From Nitrospirota bacterium (GTDB taxonomy: Bacteria; Nitrospirota; Nitrospiria; Nitrospirales; NS-4): 64,000 nucleotides of DNA. The number at the start of each line of letters is the position of its first letter. Position 1 is the first letter of the stretch. Under the pieces are notes generated by a model. The model worked only from the letters and a program-made list of their open reading frames with translations. It searched no databases and had not been told where the DNA came from. Of this stretch, positions 19,766 to 31,423 are shown one piece after another. The stretch spans positions 352,001 through 416,000 of the forward strand of contig CAWBGA010000002.1 of assembly GCA_963788195.1 (NCBI GenBank), read 5' to 3'. A program made the translations under genes and the position numbers.

Positions 19766-20038
19766 GTGGAACAACTGATGTGGATCGGCATTTGGGTCGT
19801 GGCCGGGGTGGGCCTTCTTGCCTTGATCCCGGTGCTGGTTGTCGGAGGGTGGTTTATTGTCGTCACGCTCATCATGGGTCTGGGTGACAAGACAATAGGA
19901 TTACTGGATCAGGGATGGAAGACAATACGCCGAAGGATTCGAACCCGAGAAAAACCAGTACTCAGAGTGGGACAACAACAAGCCATTCAAAGTAAAGAAC
20001 TGGCTTCAGCCTCGGGATCGCCGCCCGGATCACCATAG
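19766..20038 (+). CDS. Small membrane hypothetical protein
   Basis: GGAGGG RBS, GTG start, hydrophobic N-terminal 40 aa. Confidence 0.6.
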   Translation: MEQLMWIGIWVVAGVGLLALIPVLVVGGWFIVVTLIMGLGDKTIGLLDQGWKTIRRRIRTREKPVLRVGQQQAIQSKELASASGSPPGSP

Positions 20039-20184
20039 TTTCACGACAGCGTGGGGCCTTGCAGCCCCTAATCTCAGACAGCTATTAAAGAATCCCCCCT
20101 AAGCGAGGTATTGCGAAGCGATAAGCACGTAGCTACATCTACGTCCGGCACAGTCCAAGGATATCCGCAATCCAGGGAGGGTAC

Positions 20185-20427
20185 ATGTTTACAAAATCCA
20201 AGGGAAGAGGGGTGGTTTCCTTGACGGAACGGGAACAGCAGGTTCTCAATCTGATCTGGAATGGCCTCAAGAACCGCGAAATTGGCGATGAATTAAGAAT
20301 CAGCCATAAGACCGTGGAGGCGCACCGCGCCAACATGATGAAGAAGCTACGTGCGACAAATGCCGCGCAATTGTTGAAAAGCTGCTTTGAGCAAGGCTTC
20401 CTGCGACAAAAACAAACAGTGGCCTAA
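20185..20427 (+). CDS. Stand-alone LuxR-type HTH regulator
   Basis: LTEREQQVL...NREIGDEL.IS.KTVEAHRANMMKKL; GGAGGG RBS. Confidence 0.92.
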   Translation: MFTKSKGRGVVSLTEREQQVLNLIWNGLKNREIGDELRISHKTVEAHRANMMKKLRATNAAQLLKSCFEQGFLRQKQTVA

Positions 20428-20526
20428 ACGTGGTTTGACGTCCGCGACGGCGAACCTTAGGCTTTCCTGGCGCGACCCGTGTCCCCGCGTTCTAAGGAGG
20501 GCGTGCTTGGTGCTTTCGCCGGGGTT

Positions 20527-20706
20527 TTACTTCGTCGCGGCACGCCGTGCTCCTTTCTTTTTGGGCAAAGCTTTCTTTTTGGACAAGCCTAATTCCTTTC
20601 GGGCTTGCACCAACGACGCCTGCTCTTCTTTCATGGCTTTTTGAATCAGTGCCAAACGACGCTTCATCATTGCCAAACGAAGCTCTATCTTACTTCTTCG
20701 TGGCAT
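20527..20706 (-). CDS. Small basic coiled-coil protein with Lys-rich tail
   Basis: MPRRSKIELRL...KKKALPKKKGARRAATK; purine-rich upstream sequence. Confidence 0.55.
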   Translation of the reverse strand: MPRRSKIELRLAMMKRRLALIQKAMKEEQASLVQARKELGLSKKKALPKKKGARRAATK

Positions 20707-20945
20707 CTTTCCCCACCCGCTCACAGAACCACTCCCACCTCTGTCCCTCTGTTTTTGGCATCAATCAAGCTATTAGCCAATCATTCGTTGGTAATCCCAT
20801 ATACCGCTTCCAGGAACCATGGGCTACCTTACAGGATGCCGTCAATAAGAGAAGCTTCGTTCAGAACCGTGACTTAGAGCGCAGGCAGTCGAAAAGCGCC
20901 ATATCGCCCCTGGTACCAAAGTTAGCGGAGAACAAGGGGAAATCC

Positions 20946-21021
20946 TGGTGCGCCCGGAGGGATTTGAACCCCCAACCCTCAGATCCGTAGTCTGATGCTC
21001 TATCCATTGAGCTACGGGCGC
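20946..21021 (-). tRNA. tRNA-Arg(ACG)
   Basis: Reverse complement GCGCCCGTAGCTCAATGGATAGAGC-A-TCAGA-CTACGGA-TCTGA...GGTTCAAATCC...GGGCGCACCA. Confidence 0.97.
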
Positions 21022-21450
21022 GTATCGTCAGGAGTGCGGCGTTGAGTCGTGTTTTAGATCAGCTGGATTCCCGTGTCTTGGGATGTCGTGCAATCCAGGC
21101 AAGCACCGCTTTTATACCGGTCTTTCGAGAGAGCCGTCAAGTCAGCCCGCCAACATTCAGACCGTCATCTGATATCTCTGTGCTGAAGTTAATACATAAA
21201 GAATTCCGCATTTTCCGATCGCGTGCGTTTACCAACCTCTGAGGGTTGATTGGAGAGGGATATACGGCGGGCCGAAAAGCGTACGCTGTGCTTGGCAAAG
21301 GGCAATATGTGCGGATCGGGCGAAAACGCGAACGTGAAGAAGGACTTGGTGGCCGGGAATACGGGAAGCGTAGCGCTAAAATGACGGAAGTGCAAATCTT
21401 AAGGAAGTGCGAGCTTAATTAAGAAGAGGTGCGCCGGCTGGGTTCGAGCG

Positions 21451-21717
21451 TCAAAACGCCGTGCGCTTTCCCTTTAAGACGATCTTAAATCGAAGTTGCA
21501 GTTTTTGTTGATCGGCTTCGCGAATGTAGCTTTCCGGCAGGATGATCGTGTGGCCTGTCGAGAAATTCCTCAGCTCGACGCGTTTATCTTGAACTCCCTG
21601 GATCCGCCATTCGTTGGGAAAGAGCGCCATGGTTTGGCGCTTGGCATTCACCTGCTCCGGCACCGGCAAGATTTTCATTTCCGAGCCGATCCTTGAATGG
21701 AAGTCGAATATGGGCAT
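21451..21717 (-). CDS. Hypothetical protein
   Basis: Protein-like composition; alternative start at 21678. Confidence 0.5.
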   Translation of the reverse strand: MPIFDFHSRIGSEMKILPVPEQVNAKRQTMALFPNEWRIQGVQDKRVELRNFSTGHTIILPESYIREADQQKLQLRFKIVLKGKRTAF

Positions 21718-21867
21718 TGCGAGTTCCTATGGCGCTCATGCCGGTGCCTGCCGGCTCGTATAGCCAGCTCAAAGCCTGACGTAGCGCGAGGGCTTTGTCA
21801 ATGGATTAAAGTAGAACGCCCTAAGTGTAAAGATCTCAGAGCTCGGGTGCTTTGCGCGAAGGGAAAA

Positions 21868-22499
21868 TCAGGGACACTTTGAATCGTGAAGCGAGGAGGA
21901 CTGTAAACAGCTTTCTTTTGTTTCTCTCCATTCGCGGGCCAATTTCTGCGCTGCCGTGATCTGTTCGGGTGTCATCATCTTGGACACTAAGATTCTGGCC
22001 CGATGCGCTTCTCTATGACCTTGGCTGGCAGAAAGGTTGAACCACATATGAGCCTGGACAAGGTCGCGAGCCACTCCGTGGCCTTCTTTATACATCACGC
22101 CGAGATTATATTGTGCTTCCGGAAGCTGCTGTTCCGCGGCTTCCTCGTACCAATGGATCGCTTGCGCATAATCTTTTGGCACGCCATAGCCTTTGGAATA
22201 CATTCCACCGAGATTGGACATAGCCTTGGGAAAACCCTGCTCCGCTGCGAGTCGATACCAGTGAATCGCTTTCTGAAAATCCTGCGGCACGCCTTTGCCT
22301 TTGGCGTACATGACGCCAAGGTAAAACTCGGCCTCCGGGAGTTCTTCTTCCGCCAGGGGGCGGAGTTCTTTTAGCGCGACGCCATAGCGACCTTCGTAGT
22401 AGGCGTCAATGCCTTCTTTAAGCCCGGCTATGGCCACCGAGTTGAAGGACCAGAAAAGCGCCGTCAGTATGAAAAAAAAGCCGAGACAAATGCGTGCAT
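21868..22499 (-). CDS. Sel1-repeat exported protein (start region probably frameshifted)
   Basis: Repeated LGVMY..G.GV.(Q/K)D...A..WY..AAEQ; hydrophobic signal peptide upstream of the ORF-track start. Confidence 0.9.
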
Positions 22500-22657
22500 T
22501 CGTAAAAGAGCCCTAGATTAGATCACCTACTGTAGAGTAGGTGCGGATTTGACTGTCATTCCCCTTTTCGTAGGGACTATCCCGTTGGGACCAGTTCGAT
22601 TTCCATTTGCGCGCCGCCGCCCCTTATTTAGAAGCGTCGCGTGCCCGGCGGAGTGCG

Positions 22658-24128
22658 TTAGCGGGTCAATGAGTCTTTGATGTCAGGTGGCGTCGTTTGG
22701 ATACGGCCCCCGAGACTGGGAAAGCGGGCCTGCAATGCCTGTTGAATAAGCCAGGCAATCTGCGGTACGAGAAATGACCTTTGACTCCTGACCGGACTCG
22801 TGCGATGTATTCTGCTTCCGCGTAGTCCATCTTGAACAGACAACGGGTCCGAAACCCGAAAGGTGTCAAGTAGGCCGCGGCCTCCGGATGGGACAGCGCA
22901 AAGCTTTCCAACTGCTCACCAATGACGCCCATAGTCTCACGATATGGCGAATCCATGCCGGCCGCAGTGAGAATTTCCGGGGTCTCATAGCCATGGATCG
23001 TGGTGAACTCCTGGCGAATCTGCTGGCAACGCCGGTGCCGATGCAGGTCCCTCCAACCGCCGAGGTCCATCAAAATGTCAAAAATGAAGCCGTACCCGCA
23101 ATGGAACTCCTTTAAAAGCTCGTCATGAGCACCGCGGCGATGCAACGCTATGTCGATCAGCTCCAGCTTGTCTTTTTCTGCCCAGTCCTGGATCGCGGCA
23201 AGAATCTGTCGGTACGGATAGGCGGTGACCTTGTACAGTAAGGTCGAGGCAAGTTCGTCCACAGGGTCGTGAGGAGGAAGAAGTTCTACCGGTTCACTCA
23301 CCTGAATCGGCACCGAGACGTACCCGGTCCAGCGCGAATGTCTTGAGGTCCTGATATGTTTTCAGGAGATAATCATTCGGCCTGGCATATCGCGCAAGCG
23401 TGGGGGCCAGCGGCTCAGTAAGGGCAGCCGATTGTCCGCCAGCTCGCTCCAGAGATTCAGAGGGGGTGCGGCGCAGGCGCCTTTGAGGTCCTCGCCGATC
23501 CCACGCAGTTCTGCGACGGGGAGAGACAGTAGGCGGCTGATCTGCTTTTCCAAGGTGCGAATGCTCACTACCTGGCCCACGTTAGTCCGTGACGCGAGGG
23601 TCAAAAGGTATCTGGTCACGTCGAACGTTCGGGCGGTCATCGTCCGATCGTAGGCCGCCGTCTTCATTTCTGACGGCTGCGGGGTCGTGCGGCAGAGGTA
23701 GTCCTTAATCGGCTGGTAAAGAGATTCGTAGGTCTGATGCAGGCGCGCAGCAATCCCCCGGTAGGTGGCTTCGACCGGCGTGCCCAAAATCTCGTCCGGA
23801 ACAAAGACACCCCCGGTCCGAAGTCTTGATAGCGCGAGGATTTTGCCTGCCCATCCCACAGGACCTCGTCTTCAATGTGGATCGCCGCCAGCTCGGAGAT
23901 GCCTTCAAAGCAAATGATGACGTGCCCCAAATCGGCGATCGAGGCGTGGCCATAGTCGAAATAGAATTGCTCCCAGAATTTTTCCGACGAGTGGCTATGG
24001 ACCCACCGCAGACTGTCCTCGATGGAATCGGCAGAGCGACTGTAGCGCGCCAAGGCGTATGCCGATTTTTCGGGTGGCATAGGAGCGAGCGCAAGCACCC
24101 GCCGAGTAGACGCGGACATGCTGGGCAT
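22658..24128 (-). CDS. thyX: FAD-dependent thymidylate synthase, tandem-domain ThyX type (several frameshifts)
   Basis: ARYSRS, YGHASIADL, KSSRYQD, WRDLHRHR, GHFSYR spread across ORFs 23664..24128, 23362..23859, 22666..23313, 22658..22843. Confidence 0.85.
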
Positions 24129-24283
24129 GATAGGGGCCTCTGCCTAACCCGTCAAGGGTCTGGATCGTGGCAATTGAATCCCTATAGATGGAGTGTTAGG
24201 GTTCGATCGTGTGGACCACGTTCCACGTCCAGATCCTGGACGCGGAACTTTGCTGGAACAGAGTGGAAAGGAAGAGGGGCCCG

Positions 24284-24901
24284 GTGGATCCAATTGTCTT
24301 CACACGTGAAGAGCTGAGCCTGATCACCGACGACAAGTTTTTCCGCGCCAAGGCGCGGATCATGCGCAAAGTGCGCGGCATCCTGGACACCTTGTATGCG
24401 GGGCTTTTGGAAGAGCTGCGCGGTGTGGATCTCATCACCCCACAGGGATTCAATCCTCTGGCACACCAGTTTGTAAAGGGCGAACATCTGGAGGATTTTC
24501 CGTACCAGTACCTCGACTATTTTAAACACTTCGATGATGACAATAAGTTCACGTTCCGCTCGCTTTTCTGGTGGGGGCACTACTATGTGTTCGCCTTGAT
24601 ACTCGAAGGGGAAGGCTTGAGTCAGTACAAGAAGAACTTCGTGAACCGCTACGAGCAACTTGCCGACAGGAAGCTTTCGCTGTGCTTGGGAGGAAGCCCG
24701 TGGGAGTGGAAGCGCGGCGAAGGCTACACGATGGAGCTTACCTGGGAGCGCAAGGTGGATCTTGTGGCATTGCTGTCGAACCGGTCTTTTCTGAAAGTCG
24801 CGCGGTTTGTGCCCTACGATGACCCTGCCGTGGAATCGGGCCGGCTCGACGAGATTGGGCGCTCGACGCTGCGCGAGCTGCTGCCCATCATCACGCCGTA
24901 A
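24284..24901 (+). CDS. Conserved hypothetical protein
   Basis: GAGGGG RBS, GTG start; globular composition (KGEHLEDFPYQYLDY). Confidence 0.75.
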   Translation: MDPIVFTREELSLITDDKFFRAKARIMRKVRGILDTLYAGLLEELRGVDLITPQGFNPLAHQFVKGEHLEDFPYQYLDYFKHFDDDNKFTFRSLFWWGHYYVFALILEGEGLSQYKKNFVNRYEQLADRKLSLCLGGSPWEWKRGEGYTMELTWERKVDLVALLSNRSFLKVARFVPYDDPAVESGRLDEIGRSTLRELLPIITP

Positions 24902-24915
24902 TCTTTCTTCTAGTT

Positions 24916-25053
24916 TGTCACCCTGAACGAAGTGAAGGGTCTCTCACATATACATTAGAAGCAGTGCGGCGAGGTCGAGCCTCTGTGTTAGTGCATGCGA
25001 TGCACCGGGACTTCTCTCCTGTCCTTAGATTCTTCGCTGCGCTCAGAATGACA
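24916..25053. repeat. Inverted pair of REP-like units (REPIN-like)
   Basis: TGTCACCCTGAACGAAGTGAAGGGTCT and, on the reverse strand, TGTCATTCTGAGCGCAGCGAAGAATCT; between convergent genes. Confidence 0.75.
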
Positions 25054-25061
25054 ACGCGAGG

Positions 25062-26225
25062 TTATCGGCTGTAGGTCTTCAGGATCTCCCGCACGCGGCT
25101 AAGGTTTATCGCCTCGGCTTTATAATCGTCCCGTCCGACCACGGTCGTCGCCATGGTCAGGGCATTGAGAATCGCTTCATTCGTGGACTCGACGGTGGCC
25201 GTGAATAGGGGATTCATATGGGTATCAGCGAACGCCGTGATTGGATAGGTGGGTTGTTTAGGGTAATGAGGAATGACGGTCGCGGTCGAGAATGCCAGTA
25301 TAAAGTCGCCGCTGCCATGTCTTGCTGTCGAGCCGGTGCGGGCCAAGCCCGATCGCCGCGCGTTTGGCTAAACGCTTCAGCTGGCGAGCATCGAGGGGCG
25401 CGTCGGTTGCAATGACAATGATGACGGAGCCTTCAGTGCCCTTGCTGTCCGGCGGGCCATATAGTCTGCCGATCGGGACACCGCCCATCACGAGTTCGCT
25501 TCTTCGGCCGTGGTTGGCGTTCACGAGTACGCCGACCGTGAAATTGCCTTCAGTTGAAATGATGCGAGACGATGTACCGATTCCGCCTTTAAAGCCATAG
25601 GCAATTAAGCCGGCTCCGGCTCCGACGCTCCCTTCCGGTACAGGACCGCCGGATGCTCGATCGAGAGCCCGGATAACGTCGGCTTCGGAGACATGACGAC
25701 CCTGGATATCGTTGAGCCGGCTATCGTCACATTCCGCGACGACCGGTGTGAGGGTGTCATCCGTCACTCCAATGCCGGGGTAACGGCCGATCATCCAACT
25801 CATCACACCGTTCGCGACCCGGGAAGATTTAAGGTGTTGGTCAGCGCGATCGGATATTCCAGGAAGCCTGCTTCCTCAACCCAGGCCAGGCCAGTCATCT
25901 CTCCTGTGCCATTCAGCACGAATGCGCCGGCGGGAACCTTTTTGTGCCATACGTCGTCGCGGGGAACGATCACTGTGACTCCGGTGCGCACGGGGCCTTG
26001 GCCGGGAATAAGCCGGCCGCTGCCCCGGATCAATGTCGCATGACCAACTCGCACGCCGGGGACATCCGTGATAGCGTTGAGGGGCCCGGGGGAGAGCTCG
26101 CCGAGGTACAGGCCGAGTGTTCGGGCCCGCACCCGGGATTCTTCGGGGGCGGAAGCGGGCAGACCTTGGGCTTCGGCGCAGGCGGAGACCCAAATGAATA
26201 ACAGGAGAAATACCGGCAGGATCAA
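25062..26225 (-). CDS. DmpA-like P1/S58 aminopeptidase (frameshifted)
   Basis: NAITDVPGVRVGH, NGTGEMTG, EGSVGAG, GFKGGIGTSSR, GSVIIVIATDAPL, GSGDF..AFST. Confidence 0.92.
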
Positions 26226-26645
26226 CGCCGGCCGCCGGCCACCGGATAGCCGGCTTGCAGCCAGGCGTTCATGCTCCCGCGAATGTTGTACACATTCTTA
26301 TAGCCGAGCTCACTCAGGGTGTCTGCAGCAACATTGCTCCGCTTGCCGGATTGACAATAGACCACGATATGGTCATCGAGACCTACGCCGAGCTCCTGGT
26401 GGCGCCGGCCGATTTCCCGATAATCGATATTGAGATCGGTTCCCGGAATCGCCCCGCGGTCATGCTCCTCGACTGTCCGGACGTCCACCAACACAAAGCC
26501 TTTCTCACGAGCGTTCGGGGCCTTGTCCAGAACGGCTTTGACCTCCTGGACGTCAGCTGCCGTACGCCCGAGGCTGATCCTGTCGGTCAACGAAAGCGAG
26601 AAGAACGACTAAAAGACTGAGGGATGAGGCCCATCGAAGTTTCAT
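26222..26645 (-). CDS. Exported rhodanese-domain protein (frameshift in N-terminus)
   Basis: DVRT..E...G.IPG, VVYCQSGKRS, GSMNAW; AAGGAGG RBS before ATG 26645. Confidence 0.9.
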
Positions 26646-26675
26646 GGTTTGCCTCCTTTGTAAGAATGGCGTCTG

Positions 26676-26755
26676 GTCATTCTGAGCCTTTGTCATTCTG
26701 AACGAAGTAGAAGGGCATCTTCACTAGTATGACAGCCGAAGGGTTTAGGGTGACA
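26676..26755. repeat. Degenerate copies of the TGTCA(T/C)(T/C)CTGA REP-like family
   Basis: GTCATTCTGAGC, TGTCATTCTGAACGAAGTAGAAGGGCATCT and inverted TTTAGGGTGACA. Confidence 0.6.
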
Positions 26756-26801
26756 AGATATGCTACGGCGACGGTTTTACGCCGGTCAAGTGGAGAGAAG
26801 A

Positions 26802-27980
26802 TCAACAGGCACAAATAAGTGCGATGCTGGCGGTGTAGCTGTGCAGAAAGTTATTTCCGCCGACTGGTCCGATCTCCCCCATCGCAAAAAACCCGGCCTA
26901 CGGGCAGTTCGCCCATTTCATCCTGGATAGCGCCGGCGTCATGGTGGGGAGCCTGAAAAAACCGCTCTCCGCGCCCGTTGCAACTGAAGACAAGGGCGCC
27001 CGCAGGCGGCTTTTCCCGCCTGAGCGGTCGCGCTCTCCGGTCAGCAGCGCATGCAGGTCTTCACTGGCAGCTGCGGCATCCCGAAGTTGGAACTGGACCG
27101 TCTGGCCTTCCTTGACTATATCGCCGACGGCAAAACTGCCGCTCTGCTGATCGGCGCCGATAAGGTTGCGGATGAGAAAATCGCCACGTTCAAAATGGTC
27201 TTTGTGTTCGTCAATGACGATGCCTAAATGAAGGGCGCGCTCGGCTTGCTGTTGATCGGCCGGCGGAAGGAGACTGAATACTTCGCGCAGGCGTTCGAGG
27301 GCGGGCTTTCCGCTCAATTCGTGCACAATGTTCTGTTCGGCCTGGGTGATCATGAACCGCTCGCCGACAGGGCGGCACCCTTGAGAGACGACCGTACGAA
27401 GGCGGACGGCGCCAGTGAGGACTACGCCGACGGCGCCGTCTTCAACCGCCTGGCCATTGAAGATCAGACGGTTACCGCCCGGTTGATGGGCGCCGCTTGC
27501 CATGCCGCCGATGGCCGGCGCCTTCGGATAACGTCCCCGGAGTTCTCCCAAAAGGGCTTCAACCGGAGTCGTAAAAGGCTCCCCGACAACGAGGAAGGAA
27601 GGTTTGCTCTCAGCATCGGGCATATCCGTAGGCCATCCCGTCGTCGTAAAACCTCCTTCACCCTGTTCGAAGCGGAGGTGAAACGGCACCAGGTCGGCAC
27701 CGGGAAGATGGGCAGCCCACAAGCATAACGCGGGTAGTCCCTCAATCTCCTGCTTTCCCTCGATAATGCTTTCCGCGGAACAGCCCAGAACGACTTTAGG
27801 ATGCAAACGATCCGCAATGATCGAAGCGAGAAAATCGGCTGAGCCACTGTGATGCGGGGAAAAAAAGACAAAGGCGAGATCCACCGGATCCCCCCCGAAT
27901 GCTGTCTCAACCTCACGGCAGACGCCGTCAATGGCATCTGCTGTGATCGTCGCGCGCGAAAGGCTGGTACAAATTTTCAT
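26802..27980 (-). CDS. FIST signal-transduction protein (C-terminal frameshift)
   Basis: [22 protein letters not shown]; alternative frame gives FSCNGRG...[16 protein letters not shown]. Confidence 0.92.
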
Positions 27981-28048
27981 AGATTCATGGCCTTGCCATA
28001 AAGCTCCTGAAGCCTAGGACAGCTTTTTTCGCTATTGCACCAGCGATT

Positions 28049-28318
28049 CACCCGCCCAGCCCAAGCCATTGACCCATTGCATTTGAGGAGCAACGGGTAC
28101 CCCGACAGGCTGTCGTCCCGTGGGACAGCCTCCTTTTCCCATTGCACCCGCCCAGCCCTGGAGGCTGCCAAGACAGCCTCCTTTTCCCATGGCACCCAGC
28201 CGCCCCCGAGCTCGCCAAGACGAGCTCGTCTCACCCATGGCACCCGCCCAGCCGCCCTGGAGTACTCGACCCCTTGCACAGGAAGGCAAGGGGTGCCCCG
28301 GACAAACTCCTTTTCCCC
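28049..28318. repeat. Tandem cluster of hairpin repeats with CCAAGA loop
   Basis: Units CCAT(T/G)GCACCC(G/A)...stem-CCAAGA-stem-TTTTCCC; related copies at 29750 and 41017. Confidence 0.85.
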
Positions 28319-28331
28319 TGGGGGTGAGGAA

Positions 28332-28711
28332 TTACCGGTACCGGAGCCGGTCAAACGTGACATTTTCCATATAGATGATTTCATTGCCGTTGATGCCGTC
28401 AGAATCCATATCCCTCCACAGCGCGTGATCGTACCAATAAAAAACTGGAAAACGCTCCATGTCGTAGACGCCATGTCCATAGTCATTGACTTTCCAAGTG
28501 AGGACCTTGCGTCCCGTGACATAGTCTACGACCCCGTCCCTCTTCAGCGAATAGGTAAAGATTACGAGCCCTGCTTCGTTGTCATAAAGCTCCTCAATGA
28601 CTTGCTCCTGCGGGGGTTCGGGGGGAGGGGGCATGTGGCTTCCGGCCTGAACGATAGACGCTACCGCAGACCAGCCATCAGACCCAAGCCGCGCGCAAGC
28701 ACTCGCATCAT
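28332..28711 (-). CDS. Exported hypothetical protein (frameshift in signal peptide)
   Basis: GGAGG RBS; mature part with DGVVDY and DMDSDGINGNE (Ca-binding-like loop). Confidence 0.65.
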
Positions 28712-28892
28712 GATGTCCTCCAGATGAGGGGATCACGGCAGGTCGCCGTAGAGTCGGGCATGGCACTTGTTTGTAACATACTCCGATGAGACCTGTAAAT
28801 TGTGCGGCCTTCTTTTGTGGTAGGCACTCCCTTCTAGAGGTCGACGAAAGCGTTAGGGAACGACGTTCGAGTTATGCCATACTCCGCCGGCC

Positions 28893-29739
28893 ATGACGCC
28901 CGATCTCGTCCTGTATCATGCCAACTGTGCCGATGGATTCGCCGCCGCCTGGGCGATCTGGAAGAAGTATCCGGCGGCCGCCTTTGTTCCCGTGGATCAT
29001 GGTCAACCGCTCCCCGTTGATCCATCCGGCCGCCACGTCCTTATCGTCGACTTCAGCTATCCCAGACCAATGTTGGAGGACATCGCAAAGTCCGCGGCCT
29101 CCATCCAGGTGCTGGACCATCATATCACCGCGAAGGAAGCGCTGGATGGTCTGCCGTACGTCACATTCGATTTAAATAAGAGCGGCGCCGTCCTCGCATG
29201 GGAATGGGCGCATGGCACGCCGGCGCCGTGGTTACTGGAATATGTGCAGGACAAGGATCTGTTTACCTGGAAGTTGCCGGGCAGCCGTGAGATCACGGCT
29301 GCCCTGAGTGCGTATCCGCATGATTTCAGCAGTCTGGGATCGTATGCAGCGCGATGTTCTCGAGCAGGAGGGGCGGGCGATTCTCCGGTACGAGAACAAG
29401 CTGGTCGAGCAGATTCTTCAGGAAATGGTCCTCGTCGAATTCGAAGGCGAGACCGTGCCGTGCGTACAGAGCGCTGTGCTCACCAGTCAGATCGGGGAGC
29501 GTCTGACGGCCACATGTGCCTTCTGCTTGATCTGGCATGACCGCCATGGTCGACGATACTTCAGTATGCGTTCGCGTGAAGGGGGTGTTGATGTCTCACG
29601 GATCGCGGTGAAGTACGGTGGCGGAGGACACCCGCACGCCGCTGGCTTTTCTGTGCCGTGTGACGCTTCGTGCGCCCCTCCGGCGAACCAGTCCACCCCG
29701 GCGTCCCGATATTTCCGGCACGCTCGAAGAAGTAGGTAG
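28893..29739 (+). CDS. DHH/DHHA1 phosphoesterase (frameshift near 29330)
   Basis: YHANCADG, VDFS, LDHH, SMRS, GGGGHPHAAGF. Confidence 0.92.
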
Positions 29740-29749
29740 CGACAAGGTG

Positions 29750-29799
29750 CCATTGCACCCGCCCACCCTGGAGTTTGCCAAGACAAACTCCTTTTCCCC
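29750..29799. repeat. Single CCAAGA-loop hairpin repeat
   Basis: CCATTGCACCCGCCCACCCT-GGAGTTTG-CCAAGA-CAAACTCC-TTTTCCCC between convergent genes. Confidence 0.85.
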
Positions 29800-29803
29800 T
29801 TGC

Positions 29804-31392
29804 TTACGCGCTGTACCGTGCCTCAAAGATAGTGGCGCCTTGAGCAACCGCTATTGCGTGGTCGGGATTTGCGGCGAGGTGCTGCAGGATCCTGAAAATC
29901 GCTTCGCGTTCCCCCGGCTTGCCGAGCGCCTCAGCGATCTGATCGACGGTGAATAATTGCTTTTCTGTGACTGGACAGATGGTCCAGCACGCGATGCTGC
30001 AGGGCAATGACCGCTGCGGCAGCTTTCTTGCCGGCTTCGACGCCCGGCTGATGATACGCATTGACATTAATCAGTGACGCGTAAAAACCGACTGCCCGCT
30101 CGAACAAGCGCGATCAGTGTTCCGATGCTCTCCGGACTGACGGCGTTCAAGGTGATGGTGATCGACTCGCGGTCGTTCTCAAACAAGGCTCGGCGCGTGC
30201 CCTGGAGAAAGCCGCTCAAGTAGTCTCCGCTCGTGACGCCCGGATCAACCTCCATAGAGGGCCCCGCCCGGTCCTTGAGCACCTCGATGAAGACCACGAA
30301 AAAATTGTTGATTCCCTCACGAAGTTGCTGCACGTAGGCATGCTGGTCTGTCGAGCCCTTGTTGCCGTATACCGCCAGGCCCTGATGCACAATTGCGCCG
30401 GACAGGTCTTTTTCCTTGCCCAGCGATTCCATCACCAGCTGCTGCAGATAGCGGCTGAACAGCTCAAGCCTGTCTTTATAAGGAAGCACAACCATGTCCT
30501 TCTGCCCCTTGCCCTTGCCTGCGTGATACCACATCAAGGCAAGCAGCGCCGCCGGGTTTTGTCGCGGGTTGGTGTTGCGCGTGACCTCATCCATGGCGCG
30601 CGCGCCGGCCAAGAGGGCGTCGATATCGAAGCCCTGAAGCGCCGCGGGCAGCAGGCCGACCGCCGAGAGTTCCGAGGTGCGGCCGCCGACCCAATCCCAC
30701 ATGGGAAACCGCGCCAGCCAATCCTTCGCGGTCGACGTCCAGCTCGACTGCCGTGGCTAGTGACCGCCACCGCATGAAGGGGAAACCGCAAGCCCATACG
30801 CTCGTAAGCGGCTTTGGCCTCCAGCATGCCATTTCGTGTTTCCTTGGTTCCCCCGGATTTGGAAATCACGATCGTGAGGGTATCCTCCAGATTCGTGCCC
30901 GATTTGCGACAGGACCTTGTCCATGCCATCAGGGTCGGTATTGTCAAAGAACCACGCGCGCAGGCGATCCCCGGCTGTCGTGAGGGCTTCGGTGACGAAC
31001 TGTGGGCCAAGCGCCGAGCCGCCGATGCCGATCAGCAGCAGGTTCTTGAATGTCTTGCGTCTCTCCGGGCGGATCTGACCCTGATGAATGTCGCCCGCGA
31101 AACGCTTTATCTCATCGAGTGTGGACTGGATGTCCTTCTGGATCTGCGGGTCGGGGGCCAGTGCGGGATTTCGTAACCAGTAATGGCCGACCATGCGGCG
31201 TTCGTCGGGATTGGCGATGGCCCCATGCTCGAGGGCCGACATGTCTACGAAGGCCTTTTGGATGGCAGGGGCCATCGTGGTGAAATACGAGTCCGGAAAG
31301 TTCATGCGGCTGATGTCGACCGTCATGCCGACGGTGGGATTGACGTTCAGATAAGCTCTGAAACGGTTCCAAAGATCAGCGGATAGAGTCAT
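29804..31392 (-). CDS. pgi: Glucose-6-phosphate isomerase (several frameshifts)
   Basis: [49 protein letters not shown]. Confidence 0.95.
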
Positions 31393-31423
31393 ATACGAAC
31401 CGTAGCGCGGGAGATTTTGCTAG

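Noticed and set aside
22524..22583. Shared regulator box (CACCTAC-N6-GTAGGTG; TAGGGACTATCCC, similar to 41717-41732)
   Set aside because: Short and variable; cannot be distinguished from chance without statistics.
28049..28318. CRISPR array
   Set aside because: Units are degenerate and of variable length, lack unique constant-length spacers, have dispersed copies elsewhere, and no cas genes are present.
27977..28727. ORFs 27977..28522, 28035..28727 and the 5' extension of 40909..41667
   Set aside because: They read through the repeat elements or antisense to real genes; their repeated peptides simply mirror the DNA repeat.
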